DNA from: Polaromonas sp. | GTDB lineage: Bacteria > Pseudomonadota > Gammaproteobacteria > Burkholderiales > Burkholderiaceae_C | Assembly: GCA_043749005.1 (NCBI GenBank) | Contig: JAYVEE010000109.1 | Coordinates: 1-38,458, forward strand | Direction of reading: 5' to 3' | Length of the DNA: 38,458 nucleotides | Shown: one piece after another, positions 9,104 through 18,769 of the stretch | Position numbering within the stretch: the first letter of the stretch is position 1 | Layout of the letters: the number at the start of each line of letters is the position of its first letter | The notes under the pieces: generated by a model | The model's input: only the letters and a program-made list of their open reading frames with translations | Told to the model about the DNA's origin: nothing | The model's database searches: none | Position numbers and translations under genes: made by a program

Positions 9104-9937
9104 GTGGACATCACCCTGCTAGTCAAAGCCGCCATCATGGGCATCGTTGAAGGCTTGACCGAGTTTTTGCCAATTTCATCGACCGGGCATCTGATATTGG
9201 CGGGCGCGTTGTTAGGTTTTGACGACGAGAAGGCCAAGGTGTTTGATATTGCGATTCAAACCGGGGCGATTTTTGCGGTGATATTGGTGTACTGGCAAAA
9301 AATTCGCAGCACCGTGGCCCGTTTGCCGACAGACAAGCAAGCGCAACAATTTTCGCTGAATGTATTGATTGCTTTTATTCCAGCGGTTGTTTTAGGATTG
9401 CTTTTTGGCAAAGCCATCAAGGCGAATCTGTTCACTCCCGTGGTGGTGGCCAGCACCTTCATCATTGGCGGTTTTGTTATTTTGTGGGCTGAAAGGAGGC
9501 ACAAAGACAACCCCGCCGCAGCGCGCATCGACAGTGTTGAAGCCATGACATGGATGGATGCACTGAAGGTCGGGCTGGTGCAAACACTGGCGATGATACC
9601 GGGCACCAGCCGCAGCGGTGCGACGATTATTGGCGGTATGCTTTTAGGCTTGTCTCGCAAGGCGGCGACTGATTTTTCATTCTTTCTGGCCATGCCCACG
9701 CTGATGGGCGCTGGAGCTTACAGCTTGTTCAAAGAACGCGCGCTGCTGAGCACGGGCGACATACCGATGTTTGTTGTTGGCTTGCTGTTTTCGTTTATCA
9801 GCGCCTGGCTGTGCATCCGCTGGTTACTGCGTTACATATCCAGTCACAGTTTTGTACCGTTTGCCTGGTATCGCATTGCGTTTGGTTTGGTGGTGCTGGC
9901 CACCGCCTGGAGCGGTTTGGTGACCTGGGCGGCTTGA
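9104..9937 (+). CDS. uppP: Undecaprenyl-diphosphate phosphatase (BacA)
   Basis: [18 protein letters not shown] and PGTSRSGAT motifs; AAGGAG RBS before GTG. Confidence 0.97.
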   Translation: MDITLLVKAAIMGIVEGLTEFLPISSTGHLILAGALLGFDDEKAKVFDIAIQTGAIFAVILVYWQKIRSTVARLPTDKQAQQFSLNVLIAFIPAVVLGLLFGKAIKANLFTPVVVASTFIIGGFVILWAERRHKDNPAAARIDSVEAMTWMDALKVGLVQTLAMIPGTSRSGATIIGGMLLGLSRKAATDFSFFLAMPTLMGAGAYSLFKERALLSTGDIPMFVVGLLFSFISAWLCIRWLLRYISSHSFVPFAWYRIAFGLVVLATAWSGLVTWAA

Positions 9938-10090
9938 CAAGGCAAAAAACCAGCTGAGTTCAGATAAGCAAGTTGCCTCAAAAGCGCGTCGAAGCTGGTT
10001 GTTTAGCGAAGGTTAGCATTTTGACCAGAGCCACCCCAGCTGGCACCTTTCAGGGGTGCGATGAAAACTGGCTCAGCAGCAATGTGCGTC

Positions 10091-10252
10091 TCAGCGCATT
10101 TCCCCTGACAGCCGGCATCGGTCAATGGAGGTGACTTCGCGTTGCGCAGCCAGACCATTGATGATCGGATCCCAGGTGCGCCAACTTCCGCCATTGCCAT
10201 GAATCAGGAGCAGCGGCTTGTCCTGGCCGCGTTTGACAATGTTCAGTTCCAT
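10091..10252 (-). pseudogene. Truncated alpha/beta hydrolase remnant
   Basis: Translated by hand: MELNIVKRGQDKPLLLIHGNGGSWRTWDPIINGLAAQREVTSID, after which similarity ends and a stop follows. It is below the size cut-off of the ORF track. Confidence 0.75.
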
Positions 10253-10351
10253 GACATGAGATTACAAGCCGCACCCGAAGCTATCCAGAACGTTTGGGAT
10301 TCAGAGGCCGTAAAAAAAATGCTGCTGGTTTGCTGTCATGCCAGTAAAAAG

Positions 10352-11182
10352 TCACGCCATCATATTCAGCATCGCAGCTTCAATCGCGGCTGCTGTGGCT
10401 GCCGGTTTTTCCATTGGGAAAAGATGGGTGCCGTCGAGCATCATGATGCGGCCTTTGCTCACTTTTTCAGTCAACGCCATGCCTACCTGCTTCATTTCTT
10501 GTGACTGACGGCCACCAATAAAAGTGACCGGGCACTTCAGGGGGTGCCGCTTGATGAGCTGGTCCAGGTTGTGGGGCAGGGTGTTGTAGATAGCGGTTTC
10601 TACATTGCGGTCAAAGCTTAAAGCGCGTATGCCTGCTTCATCATGCGTGCCCTGCTCGATGTAGTCGCGCAGAACCTCCTCATCCCAGCGTGCAAAAGCC
10701 TTTTTGCTGCGGAAATGGGCCAACACCTCATCTATTCCCGGCCACTGGTGCTTGCGTTTGCGGCTCACTACCCCGGGCGATACCGACCCCACCAAACTGG
10801 TACGTTTGGCCAGGCTCAAGCCCGTAGCGCGCCAGCCACCGATAAGCGGCGAGTCCAGAAGCACCACACCGCGCAACTCTCTGCCGCCCAGCTCAGGATG
10901 GAGGGCTGCGCACATCAGGCTTAAGAATCCGCCCAGCGAGTGGCCGACCAAAAATACTGCCTGGCCAGATTCCTTGACCTGCTGAGTGCTGAAGTCAGCC
11001 AGCTGCTGCACCAGATGCGGCCAGTTGCTGGTGACCGGGTATGCCGGGTCATGGCCAAACTTTTCAATCGCCTTGACAGCATAGCCACGCGTCTCAAGCG
11101 AGCGAAAAACCACGCCGTAAGTGCTGGCAGGAAAGCTGTTGCCGTGAGAAAAGATGATGAGGGGTTTTTTTTTGGTTGGCAC
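10352..11182 (-). CDS. Alpha/beta fold hydrolase
   Basis: FSHGNSFP, GHSLGG and GTHLFPME. Confidence 0.92.
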   Translation of the reverse strand: MPTKKKPLIIFSHGNSFPASTYGVVFRSLETRGYAVKAIEKFGHDPAYPVTSNWPHLVQQLADFSTQQVKESGQAVFLVGHSLGGFLSLMCAALHPELGGRELRGVVLLDSPLIGGWRATGLSLAKRTSLVGSVSPGVVSRKRKHQWPGIDEVLAHFRSKKAFARWDEEVLRDYIEQGTHDEAGIRALSFDRNVETAIYNTLPHNLDQLIKRHPLKCPVTFIGGRQSQEMKQVGMALTEKVSKGRIMMLDGTHLFPMEKPAATAAAIEAAMLNMMA

Positions 11183-11253
11183 GTGGTTTGGTGTTCGTCA
11201 GTCTCAACACATTATGGTGGGCGACCACGGGACACTGTGTCACCAGCGCGCAT

Positions 11254-11282
11254 AAAAAAAGCCGTCTTTCGACGGCTTTTTT
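11254..11282 (-). terminator. Intrinsic terminator downstream of rpsT
   Basis: AAAAAAAGCCGTC-TTTC-GACGGCTTTTTT. Confidence 0.88.
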
Positions 11283-11358
11283 ACTTCTCTTGGTAAGCGC
11301 ACCTTGCAAAACGGCAGAAAACTTTTTAAAAAGTTTCCTGGGCTTTTTGTGCTGCCTG

Positions 11359-11658
11359 TCAGGCAGCGAGGGCCAAGGCTTTCACCTTGGACGACAGGCG
11401 GGACTTGTCACGCGCTGCCTTGTTTTTATGAAAAATGCCTTTATCGGCTACGGTATCGACAATGCTCTGGGCTTTGGCGAATGCGTCTTTGGCTTTTTCC
11501 TTGTCGCCTGCGGCAACGGCTTTTTCAACGTTTTTCACAGCGGTACGATATTTTGAGCGCAGCGAGGTGTTCGCGGCGTTGAGCTTGACGTCCTGGCGGA
11601 CACGTTTACGGCCTGATGCCAGGCGCGGGTTCTTTTTCTTGGGTTTGGCGGTTGCCAT
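11359..11658 (-). CDS. rpsT: 30S ribosomal protein S20
   Basis: ASGRKRVRQ...[13 protein letters not shown]...[16 protein letters not shown]. Confidence 0.98.
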   Translation of the reverse strand: MATAKPKKKNPRLASGRKRVRQDVKLNAANTSLRSKYRTAVKNVEKAVAAGDKEKAKDAFAKAQSIVDTVADKGIFHKNKAARDKSRLSSKVKALALAA

Positions 11659-11794
11659 AATTTCATTCCTTTGGGGTTCAGACGGGTCTGAAAATGATCT
11701 GCAGATGATTCAAGCGAAGCCTGTGATTATATGCTGGCGCTAGACTAGGTGCGCAGGCGGTCAATTGCAGTCATTCACCGCATAAACTCCATCT

Positions 11795-13360
11795 GTGTCA
11801 CTTTTCAAATCCGCCTCAACTGTCTCTGCTTTAACACTGGTCTCCCGCATCACTGGCCTGGTACGTGAGCTGCTCATAGCCGCTACCTTTGGCGCGAGCG
11901 CCATGACTGATGCGTTTAATGTCGCATTTCGTATTCCTAACCTTTTCAGGCGACTGTTTGCTGAAGGCGCGTTTAGCCAGGCTTTTGTGCCTGTACTGGC
12001 CGCCAGCAAAACCCAAAACGGAGACGAGCACACCAAGCTGGTGATTGATCGGGTAGCCACTTTGCTGAGTTGGGCGTTGCTGCTGACCTGCGTTGTGGGC
12101 GTGGCTGCTGCGCCGGTTTTGGTCTACGCCATGGCCAGTGGGTTGAAGCAGGATCCGCGTAGTTTTGAGGCGGCAGTCTTCATGACGCGCTGGATGTTTC
12201 CGTACATTGGCTTTATGTCGTTGGTGGCTTTGTCCAGCGGAGTGCTTAATACCTGGCGGCGGTTTGCTGTGCCAGCCGCCACGCCGGTGCTGCTGAATCT
12301 GGCCATGATTGCAGCAGCCTGGTTTGGCGCGCCGTGGCTTAAAACGCAGGGCGTTGAGCCGATTTACTCGCTGGCCGCTGGTGTGATGCTGGGTGGCGCG
12401 CTGCAGTTGGCGGTACAAATACCCGCGCTGCTGATGTTGGGCATGTTGCCAAAAATCAGCTTTCGGTGGTCTGCGGCCAGGCAGGCCTGGGCTGACCCTG
12501 CAACCCAAAACATTACCAAACTGATGCTGCCTGCGCTGTTGGGCGTGAGTGTGGCGCAAATCTCGCTGCTCATCAACACGCAAATTGCCTCGCATCTCAC
12601 CTCGGGCAGCGTGAGCTGGCTGACCTATGCTGATCGCTTGATGGAGTTCCCCACCGCCATGCTGGGCGTGGCAATTGGGGTGGTCCTGATGCCTCAGTTG
12701 GCCGCTGCCAAGGCTGCCAACGATGCTGAAAAATACTCCAACATGCTGGATTGGGGGCTGCGCATTGTGGTGCTGTTGGGGTTGCCAAGTGCTGTCGCGC
12801 TTTTGACGTTTGCCCAGCCACTGGTAGCCACGCTTTACCACTACGGCGCATTTTCTGACCGGGACGTGGCGCAGACCACCACTGCGCTGATGGGCTACGG
12901 CGCGGGGCTGATCGGTCTGGTCGCCATCAAGGTCCTGGCGCCTGGTTTTTATGCCAGCCAGGACATTAAGACGCCGGTACGCATAGCGATCGTGGTTCTG
13001 GTCATCACGCAACTTCTCAACATGGTTTTTGTGCCGTACTTTCAACATGCCGGGCTGGCGCTGTCCATCGGTATTGGCGCGATGATCAATGCGTTATGGC
13101 TGCTGATTGGGTTGATGAAACGTGGCAGCTACAAGCCTGCGCCGGGCTGGAACGTTTTCGCCTTGCAAGTGGTGGCTGCCAGCACGTTGCTGGCGGTGTT
13201 TTTGCTGTGGGCAGCGGGCGCGGTGAACTGGATTGGCCTGAAAGCTGCCTATTTGCAACGAATTGGGCTGTTAGCCGCCGTTATATCGGCGGGAGCAGCT
13301 ATGTATTTTGTAGCACTTTGGGCTGCAGGGCTGAAGTTGCGAAAACTGATGCGGCGTTGA
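11795..13360 (+). CDS. murJ: Lipid II flippase MurJ (MviN)
   Basis: SRITGLVRE, DAFNVAFRIPNLFRRLFAEGAFSQAFVP and YADRLMEFP; divergent from rpsT. Confidence 0.97.
   Translation: MSLFKSASTVSALTLVSRITGLVRELLIAATFGASAMTDAFNVAFRIPNLFRRLFAEGAFSQAFVPVLAASKTQNGDEHTKLVIDRVATLLSWALLLTCVVGVAAAPVLVYAMASGLKQDPRSFEAAVFMTRWMFPYIGFMSLVALSSGVLNTWRRFAVPAATPVLLNLAMIAAAWFGAPWLKTQGVEPIYSLAAGVMLGGALQLAVQIPALLMLGMLPKISFRWSAARQAWADPATQNITKLMLPALLGVSVAQISLLINTQIASHLTSGSVSWLTYADRLMEFPTAMLGVAIGVVLMPQLAAAKAANDAEKYSNMLDWGLRIVVLLGLPSAVALLTFAQPLVATLYHYGAFSDRDVAQTTTALMGYGAGLIGLVAIKVLAPGFYASQDIKTPVRIAIVVLVITQLLNMVFVPYFQHAGLALSIGIGAMINALWLLIGLMKRGSYKPAPGWNVFALQVVAASTLLAVFLLWAAGAVNWIGLKAAYLQRIGLLAAVISAGAAMYFVALWAAGLKLRKLMRR
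13252..13315 (-). repeat. Dispersed element, copy E (in frame in the murJ C-terminal TM region)
   Basis: Reverse strand: TGCTAC-AAAATAC-ATAGC-TGCTCCCGC-N13-GCTAACAGCC; encodes AGAAMYFVA. Confidence 0.85.
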
Positions 13361-13415
13361 GACATGCCGGGTCCAGGCTGATGACTTCAAAACAGATTTG
13401 TGAGAAAGTAGCGCC

Positions 13416-14279
13416 ATGCCATTAAATCTGCAAACGCCTTCCACACTGGAATATTTCACCAGCCTGGTACAGAGCGACGCACACTTTCCGCTGCTGGAAA
13501 CCGCCATCAGTCTGGCACAGGACGAATATCCAGATCTGGATGTGCAGCGGATACTGAGTGATGTTGACCAGTTGCAGGCACGCCTGAAGCGGCGCCTGTC
13601 TGCTGATGCATCCGCGCTGCAAAAGCTGCGGCTGTTAAATCAGTTTTTCTTTCGGGACTTGGGTTTTGGTGGCAATCTCAACAACTATTACGACCCCGAC
13701 AACAGTTACCTGAACGTGATGCTGAAAACCCGGCGCGGCATACCTATCAGCCTGGCAGTGCTGTGGCTGGAGCTGGCTGGCAGCCTGGGCTTGAATGCAC
13801 GTGGTGTGGCGTTTCCGGGGCATTTCATGGTCAAGGTCAATCTGCCCAAAGGCCAGGTGGTGATTGACCCTTTCAGTGGCCAGTCACTGAGCCGTGAAGA
13901 GTTGTCAGAGCGGCTGGAGCCGTTTCGTCAGCGCCGCCTTGCTGATAGCGATGGTGACAGTGACTACGACACGCCTATCGGGCTGTATTTACAGACTGCA
14001 CCGCCGCGCGACATCATCAGCCGAATGCTGCACAACCTGAAAGAAATACATCGAAGCCAGGAAGACTGGCCGCGCCTGATTGCGGTGGTGGATCGCCTGA
14101 TCGTGCTCCACCCTGATGCCTGGGCTGAGTACCGCGATCGTGGTCTGGCTTGGGCGGTGCAAGGTCAGGCAGCGCGCGCTGTCCCCGACCTGGAGCAGTA
14201 CCTGGCGCATGCCAGCGATGCAACAGATCTCGATGTGGTGGCGCAGCGTGTGGCGCTGCTGCGCCGCGAAGCCACTTGA
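13416..14279 (+). CDS. SirB1 family (transglutaminase-like + TPR) protein
   Basis: GFGGNLNNYYDPDNSYL, RRGIPISL, FPGHF, IDPF and C-terminal TPR-like EYRDRGL. Confidence 0.9.
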   Translation: MPLNLQTPSTLEYFTSLVQSDAHFPLLETAISLAQDEYPDLDVQRILSDVDQLQARLKRRLSADASALQKLRLLNQFFFRDLGFGGNLNNYYDPDNSYLNVMLKTRRGIPISLAVLWLELAGSLGLNARGVAFPGHFMVKVNLPKGQVVIDPFSGQSLSREELSERLEPFRQRRLADSDGDSDYDTPIGLYLQTAPPRDIISRMLHNLKEIHRSQEDWPRLIAVVDRLIVLHPDAWAEYRDRGLAWAVQGQAARAVPDLEQYLAHASDATDLDVVAQRVALLRREAT

Positions 14280-14283
14280 CGCG

Positions 14284-15231
14284 CTAGTGCGGAGCGCGTT
14301 TTAGGAACTGCGGAATTTGCATCCCATCCGGTAAATCGACGTTGCGACTGAGAGCCGGTTTACTATTTGACCTCACAGGTGCCATGCTGGGCCGGTTTGC
14401 GCCCAACAGCGACAAACGCGCGCCATGAATGAGGGACTCTTGCGCTGGCATCAGAATATTGGGCAGTGATGAACCCAGACGGTTTAACGAAGCTTGAGGC
14501 AGGCCAGGTCTGTTCACGGAAGCCAATGCTGATTTGGCGGGGCTTGGCTTGATAGCCGCCATCGGCTGTGACGGCGACGAATCATTGGCGGCCTGCGGTG
14601 GGTACAGCAGCGGTTTGAGCCAGTCCAGTATCGGCTCCCACTGCTGCAAATCAGTCGCTGCGGTTTGCGCAGGCAAGTCAAAAATCGTCATGCCCCGCTC
14701 CAGGCTGCGCACATACAACTGGGTTTCACGCAAAGCGCCGAGATACCGCACACCGAGTTCTTTAGACCAGGTGCGCAAGGTTTGGGCGGCGTTGGTTCGT
14801 GCGTCAAGCCGCATGCCGATGATGACCAATTTGCAGCGACCACTGGCAACGCGCGGAAGGCTCATCAGCTCTGCGTGGCAGGCGGTGGCGGACTCACGGT
14901 CAAACATCGAATTGCAGACCGGCATGATGATGGCGTCTGCAAACATCACCACCCGCGCCAACTCAAAGCCGTGCATGCCGCCGGGCGTGTCCAGCACTAC
15001 ATGGGTGATGCCAGTGGGCACACGCAGCATGTTTTTCTGGTCAACCGCCCAGGGTGCGATTGCGGGCAGCGTCGCGTCACGCCGCTTTAGCCAGGCGCGT
15101 GCTGACTGCTGGCGGTCGACGTCGCCCAACATTACCGAGCTGCCTTGTAACGCGCACCACGCCGCCATGTGCGCAGCTAGCGTGCTTTTACCACTGCCTC
15201 CTTTTCGGTTGACGACTGCGATGACTGGCAT
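14284..15231 (-). CDS. Orphan ParA/MinD-family ATPase with a ~100-aa low-complexity C-terminal extension
   Basis: Deviant Walker A KGGSGKST, GDVDRQQS and VLDTPG. Confidence 0.9.
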   Translation of the reverse strand: MPVIAVVNRKGGSGKSTLAAHMAAWCALQGSSVMLGDVDRQQSARAWLKRRDATLPAIAPWAVDQKNMLRVPTGITHVVLDTPGGMHGFELARVVMFADAIIMPVCNSMFDRESATACHAELMSLPRVASGRCKLVIIGMRLDARTNAAQTLRTWSKELGVRYLGALRETQLYVRSLERGMTIFDLPAQTAATDLQQWEPILDWLKPLLYPPQAANDSSPSQPMAAIKPSPAKSALASVNRPGLPQASLNRLGSSLPNILMPAQESLIHGARLSLLGANRPSMAPVRSNSKPALSRNVDLPDGMQIPQFLKRAPH

Positions 15232-15274
15232 TGAATTTCCATCAAGATGTAAAAAGGTACATTTTGATACAAAT

Positions 15275-15334
15275 TGAAAGGGTTGTCCAGCAAATCAATC
15301 ACGCTGGACGCAGACAGCTAGGTTTTTTGTAGCA
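15275..15334 (-). repeat. Dispersed element, copy G (intergenic, upstream of the ParA-like gene)
   Basis: Reverse strand: TGCTAC-AAAAAAC-CTAGC-TGTCTGCGT-...-GCTGGAC. Confidence 0.7.
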
Positions 15335-15527
15335 AATTCGTACTGGTGGATAGTCAATCGCAGCGTGGAGTTCATGCTCGTTGTCACACCTGCGCTGCTG
15401 TCAGTTTTACCCCCAAAGAGATCATGGCGTCGGGCGTTGGGCCGGAAAAATACAAGTCAAACTGAAGGGGTTGCGCAAAAAGGGCGTTAATGTGTGGTGT
15501 GTTGAGGCTAATAACTAAAATTCTGAA

Positions 15528-15594
15528 TGCTATTAAATTAGCGCGGCTTGCCCCGTTGATTACTGATCTGACAGCTTAAAGAGTGCATTAAAAA
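15528..15594 (+). repeat. Dispersed element, copy H (intergenic, degenerate right arm)
   Basis: TGCTAT-TAAATTA-GCGC-GGCTTGCCC-N13-TCTGACAGC. Confidence 0.65.
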
Positions 15595-15851
15595 GGCTCA
15601 AAAACGACCTGAAACAGTACAGACAGGCTTCAAATACGTCAAGGGCACTTTGAGCGCTTCTGGTCATGCAATCTGCAATAAAAGTGTTATTGCCAGGGGA
15701 TATAAGCGGTCAGGTCGCGTTCGGTAAAGTGATAAGGTTGATAAGTGATTGTTGTGCGTCAATCACTAATGGACAGGTTTCCATCTGTGTGGATTCCGGG
15801 ATTAAAGAGCATTGCAGACAAAGATAAATCAAATCAGGAGACGAAGCCCCA

Positions 15852-16919
15852 TCAAACTACCGTGACGCTGGCCCCGTTCGCTTTCGCCGCAATCACGCCG
15901 ATCTGATAGACCTGCTCGCCTGCATCCCGCAGCGTCCTGGCAGTCGCTTCGGCATTCCCTGCGTCAACGACCACCACCATGCCAATGCCGTTATTGAACG
16001 TCCGGTTCATCTCAAAATCATCAATACCCGCTGTTTTTTGTAGCCATGCAAATAGCTCGGTTTGCGGCCAGCTGCCTTTGACCAGATGGGCGGCGGTGCC
16101 TTCGGGCAGCACTCTGGGAATGTTCTCCAGCAACCCGCCGCCTGTGATGTGGGCCAGGGCTTTGATGGGGTGAACAGCCAGAGCAGTTAAAACGCTTTTC
16201 ACGTACAGGCGGGTCGGTTCCATCACAGCTTGCTTGAAAAGTTTACCGTCCAGCTTTTCAGGCAACTTACTTTCGTCGCGGTCAATGCCCGCACCGCAGG
16301 TGCGTTCGATACATTTGCGAACCAGGCTAAAGCCGTTTGAATGCACGCCGCTACTCGCCAAGCCCAAGACCACATCGCCGGGTGCAACGCCAGCGCCACT
16401 CAAAATTTTTGATTTTTCAACCGCACCCACACAAAACCCGGCCAAGTCATACTCTCCTGCAGGGTACATGCCGGGCATTTCGGCGGTTTCGCCGCCTATT
16501 AATGCGCAGTTGCTCAACTCGCAGCCTTTGGCAACGCCGCCAATCACAGCAGCGGCTACTTCAACATCAAGCTTGCCGCAGGCAAAGTAGTCAAGGAAAA
16601 ACAGCGGCTCTGCACCTTGCACCAGCACATCGTTCACGCTCATAGCCACCAGGTCAATGCCGACGGTGTCATGCATCTGCCATTCAAACGCCAGCTTGAG
16701 CTTGGTGCCCACGCCGTCGGTGCCACTGACCAGCACTGGTTCTCTGAATTTTTTTGACACTTCAAACATCGCGCCAAAGCCGCCAATACCTGCGAGCACG
16801 CCTTCACGCATGGTTCTTTTAGCCAGCGGCTTGATGCGTTCGATCAGCGCATCACCCGCATCAATATCAACACCGGCATCTTTGTAGCTGATAGGGGAGG
16901 GGGTATTTGGAGTCGTCAT
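15852..16919 (-). CDS. purM: Phosphoribosylformylglycinamidine cyclo-ligase
   Basis: [30 protein letters not shown] and HITGGG; start at ATG 16919. Confidence 0.98.
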   Translation of the reverse strand: MTTPNTPSPISYKDAGVDIDAGDALIERIKPLAKRTMREGVLAGIGGFGAMFEVSKKFREPVLVSGTDGVGTKLKLAFEWQMHDTVGIDLVAMSVNDVLVQGAEPLFFLDYFACGKLDVEVAAAVIGGVAKGCELSNCALIGGETAEMPGMYPAGEYDLAGFCVGAVEKSKILSGAGVAPGDVVLGLASSGVHSNGFSLVRKCIERTCGAGIDRDESKLPEKLDGKLFKQAVMEPTRLYVKSVLTALAVHPIKALAHITGGGLLENIPRVLPEGTAAHLVKGSWPQTELFAWLQKTAGIDDFEMNRTFNNGIGMVVVVDAGNAEATARTLRDAGEQVYQIGVIAAKANGASVTVV

Positions 16920-16998
16920 CGTGGAGCAGGCTGAGGGCAGTGGCGGATTTGCTGTGATGCAAGCCCGATAGAATCTAAGCGCACATTCTAAAGGCTGT

Positions 16999-18072
16999 AT
17001 GCAATTTACCTCGACCCAAAAACGTGCATCTGCATGGTTTCTGATAGCGGCACTGATCGTGCTGGCGCTATGGCTGCTTGGCCCGGTGCTCACGCCTTTT
17101 GTGGTGGCAGCGGTGCTGGCCTACGCACTCACGCCGCTGGTCAACAAGCTGGACGATATGGGCAAAGGCCGTCTGCCACGGGTGGCTGCAGTCATCATGG
17201 TTGAACTGATCTTTATTATTGCAACCTTGTGCCTTTTGCTGTTGATCGTGCCGATTGTGGTCAAAGAAATTCCACTGATTCGCGCGCAAGTTCCTTTGTT
17301 GGCCGACCGCATCACCAACGGGCTCACGCCCTGGCTGGCGGAATATGGCATCAAGGTGTCGCTTGATGTGGGCAGCCTCAAAACCCTGGCGCTAAAATAT
17401 TTAAACGCCAACTACGAAGAGATGTTTGGTTCAGTGCTTTCGTCCCTCAGGTTGGGCGGCAGTGTGGCGCTGGCCATTCTTGGCAATGCCGTGCTGATAC
17501 CTGTCGCACTGTTTTACCTGTTGATGGACTGGGACAAGTTTATAGCCCGCCTGCTGGAGCTTGTGCCTCCGCCCATGCGTAGCGCTTTTGACAGCTTTAC
17601 CGATGAGTCTGATTCAGTGCTGGGCCAGTACTTGCGCGGACAACTGCTGGTGATGCTGGTGATGGCAGCTTTTTATGCCATCGGACTTGCACTATTTGGG
17701 CTTGACCTGGCTCTGCCGATTGGCATTTTTACGGGCTTGGCGATGTTCATCCCTTACCTGGGTTTTGGTATCGGTTTAATATTAGCCGTGTTGGCGGGGC
17801 TCTTGCAATTTGTATCGATCAAAGCGCTTGTGATGGTCGCCGTTGTATACGGTATTGGCCAGATGGTCGAGAGCCTTTATCTCACGCCGCGGCTGGTAGG
17901 TGAACGCATTGGCTTGCACCCGCTGGCAGTTATTTTTGCGCTTTTGGCTTTTGGCCAGGTGTTTGGATTTGTCGGGGTACTGATTGCACTGCCACTCAGT
18001 GCGGTCTTGCTTGTGGCTTTGCGCCGCATCAAGCAGCGTTACCTGTCCAGCAGGTTGTACAAAGGCTCATGA
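16999..18072 (+). CDS. AI-2E family transporter (PerM-like)
   Basis: Multi-pass TM protein; YLRGQL, FIPYLG and [12 protein letters not shown]. Confidence 0.93.
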   Translation: MQFTSTQKRASAWFLIAALIVLALWLLGPVLTPFVVAAVLAYALTPLVNKLDDMGKGRLPRVAAVIMVELIFIIATLCLLLLIVPIVVKEIPLIRAQVPLLADRITNGLTPWLAEYGIKVSLDVGSLKTLALKYLNANYEEMFGSVLSSLRLGGSVALAILGNAVLIPVALFYLLMDWDKFIARLLELVPPPMRSAFDSFTDESDSVLGQYLRGQLLVMLVMAAFYAIGLALFGLDLALPIGIFTGLAMFIPYLGFGIGLILAVLAGLLQFVSIKALVMVAVVYGIGQMVESLYLTPRLVGERIGLHPLAVIFALLAFGQVFGFVGVLIALPLSAVLLVALRRIKQRYLSSRLYKGS

Positions 18073-18082
18073 CCTTTTCAGC

Positions 18083-18769
18083 ATGAAACAGATCGTATTG
18101 GATATCGGCTTGGCAAGTGCTCCTGTTTTCAGCAATTTTTTTGCTGGGATCAATAGTTTGGTGTTGTCACATTTACAGCTTTGGGCGAGTAGCCCACTGC
18201 GCTCTCCTGTGCCTACCTACCTCTGGGGCGAAGCGGGCAGTGGCAAAACGCACCTGCTCAAAGCAGCTGTGGACGCTATGCAGCAGCAGGGCGCGCGTAT
18301 TGGCTGGCTTGATGCATCTGTGACCGAGCCAACGGAATTTAATGAAGCCTGGTCTGCCGTCATTCTGGACGACTGCCACCTCTACACCGCCGTGCAGCAG
18401 CAAGCCGCGTTTAACTGGTTTGTTAACGCTGTCAGCAGCGCCGATGGCCAGCCCCGCGGCGTGCTGGCTGCAGGCGGCCTGCCGCCTGCTGACCTGCTGC
18501 TGCGCGACGACTTGCGCAGTCGCTTGGGCTGGGGGCATGTGTATGAGCTGCATGCACTAAGTGAGTCCGAACGCCGAGCTGTACTTCGCAAGCAGGCTGA
18601 CACACGCGGTATTTTCCTGAGCGACGAGGTCATCAGTTTTGTGCTCAGCCGATTTTCACGCGACTTGAGCAGCCTGATGCAATTGCTCGATCAACTCGAC
18701 GAATACGCCCTGCAAACCCAGCGGGCGATTACTGTGCCGTTGGTCAAGGCAATGCTGGAAAGTGAATGA
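18083..18769 (+). CDS. hda: DnaA regulatory inactivator Hda
   Basis: N-terminal clamp-binding-like QIVLD, GEAGSGKTHLL and DLRSRLGWG; conserved purM-AI2E-hda-HAD-pcnB-folK context. Confidence 0.92.
   Translation: MKQIVLDIGLASAPVFSNFFAGINSLVLSHLQLWASSPLRSPVPTYLWGEAGSGKTHLLKAAVDAMQQQGARIGWLDASVTEPTEFNEAWSAVILDDCHLYTAVQQQAAFNWFVNAVSSADGQPRGVLAAGGLPPADLLLRDDLRSRLGWGHVYELHALSESERRAVLRKQADTRGIFLSDEVISFVLSRFSRDLSSLMQLLDQLDEYALQTQRAITVPLVKAMLESE

Noticed and set aside
9945-10120. Possible riboswitch (CTGAGA and short GC hairpins on the - strand)
   Set aside because: The other TPP or glycine riboswitch consensus elements are missing, and there is no downstream gene on that strand to regulate.
10142-10504. 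120-aa + strand ORF
   Set aside because: Antisense to the hydrolase remnant and to the intact hydrolase 3' end; no motif support.
11831-13048. 405-aa - strand ORF
   Set aside because: Antisense shadow of murJ.
14534-15277. 247-aa + strand ORF
   Set aside because: Antisense shadow of the ParA-family gene.
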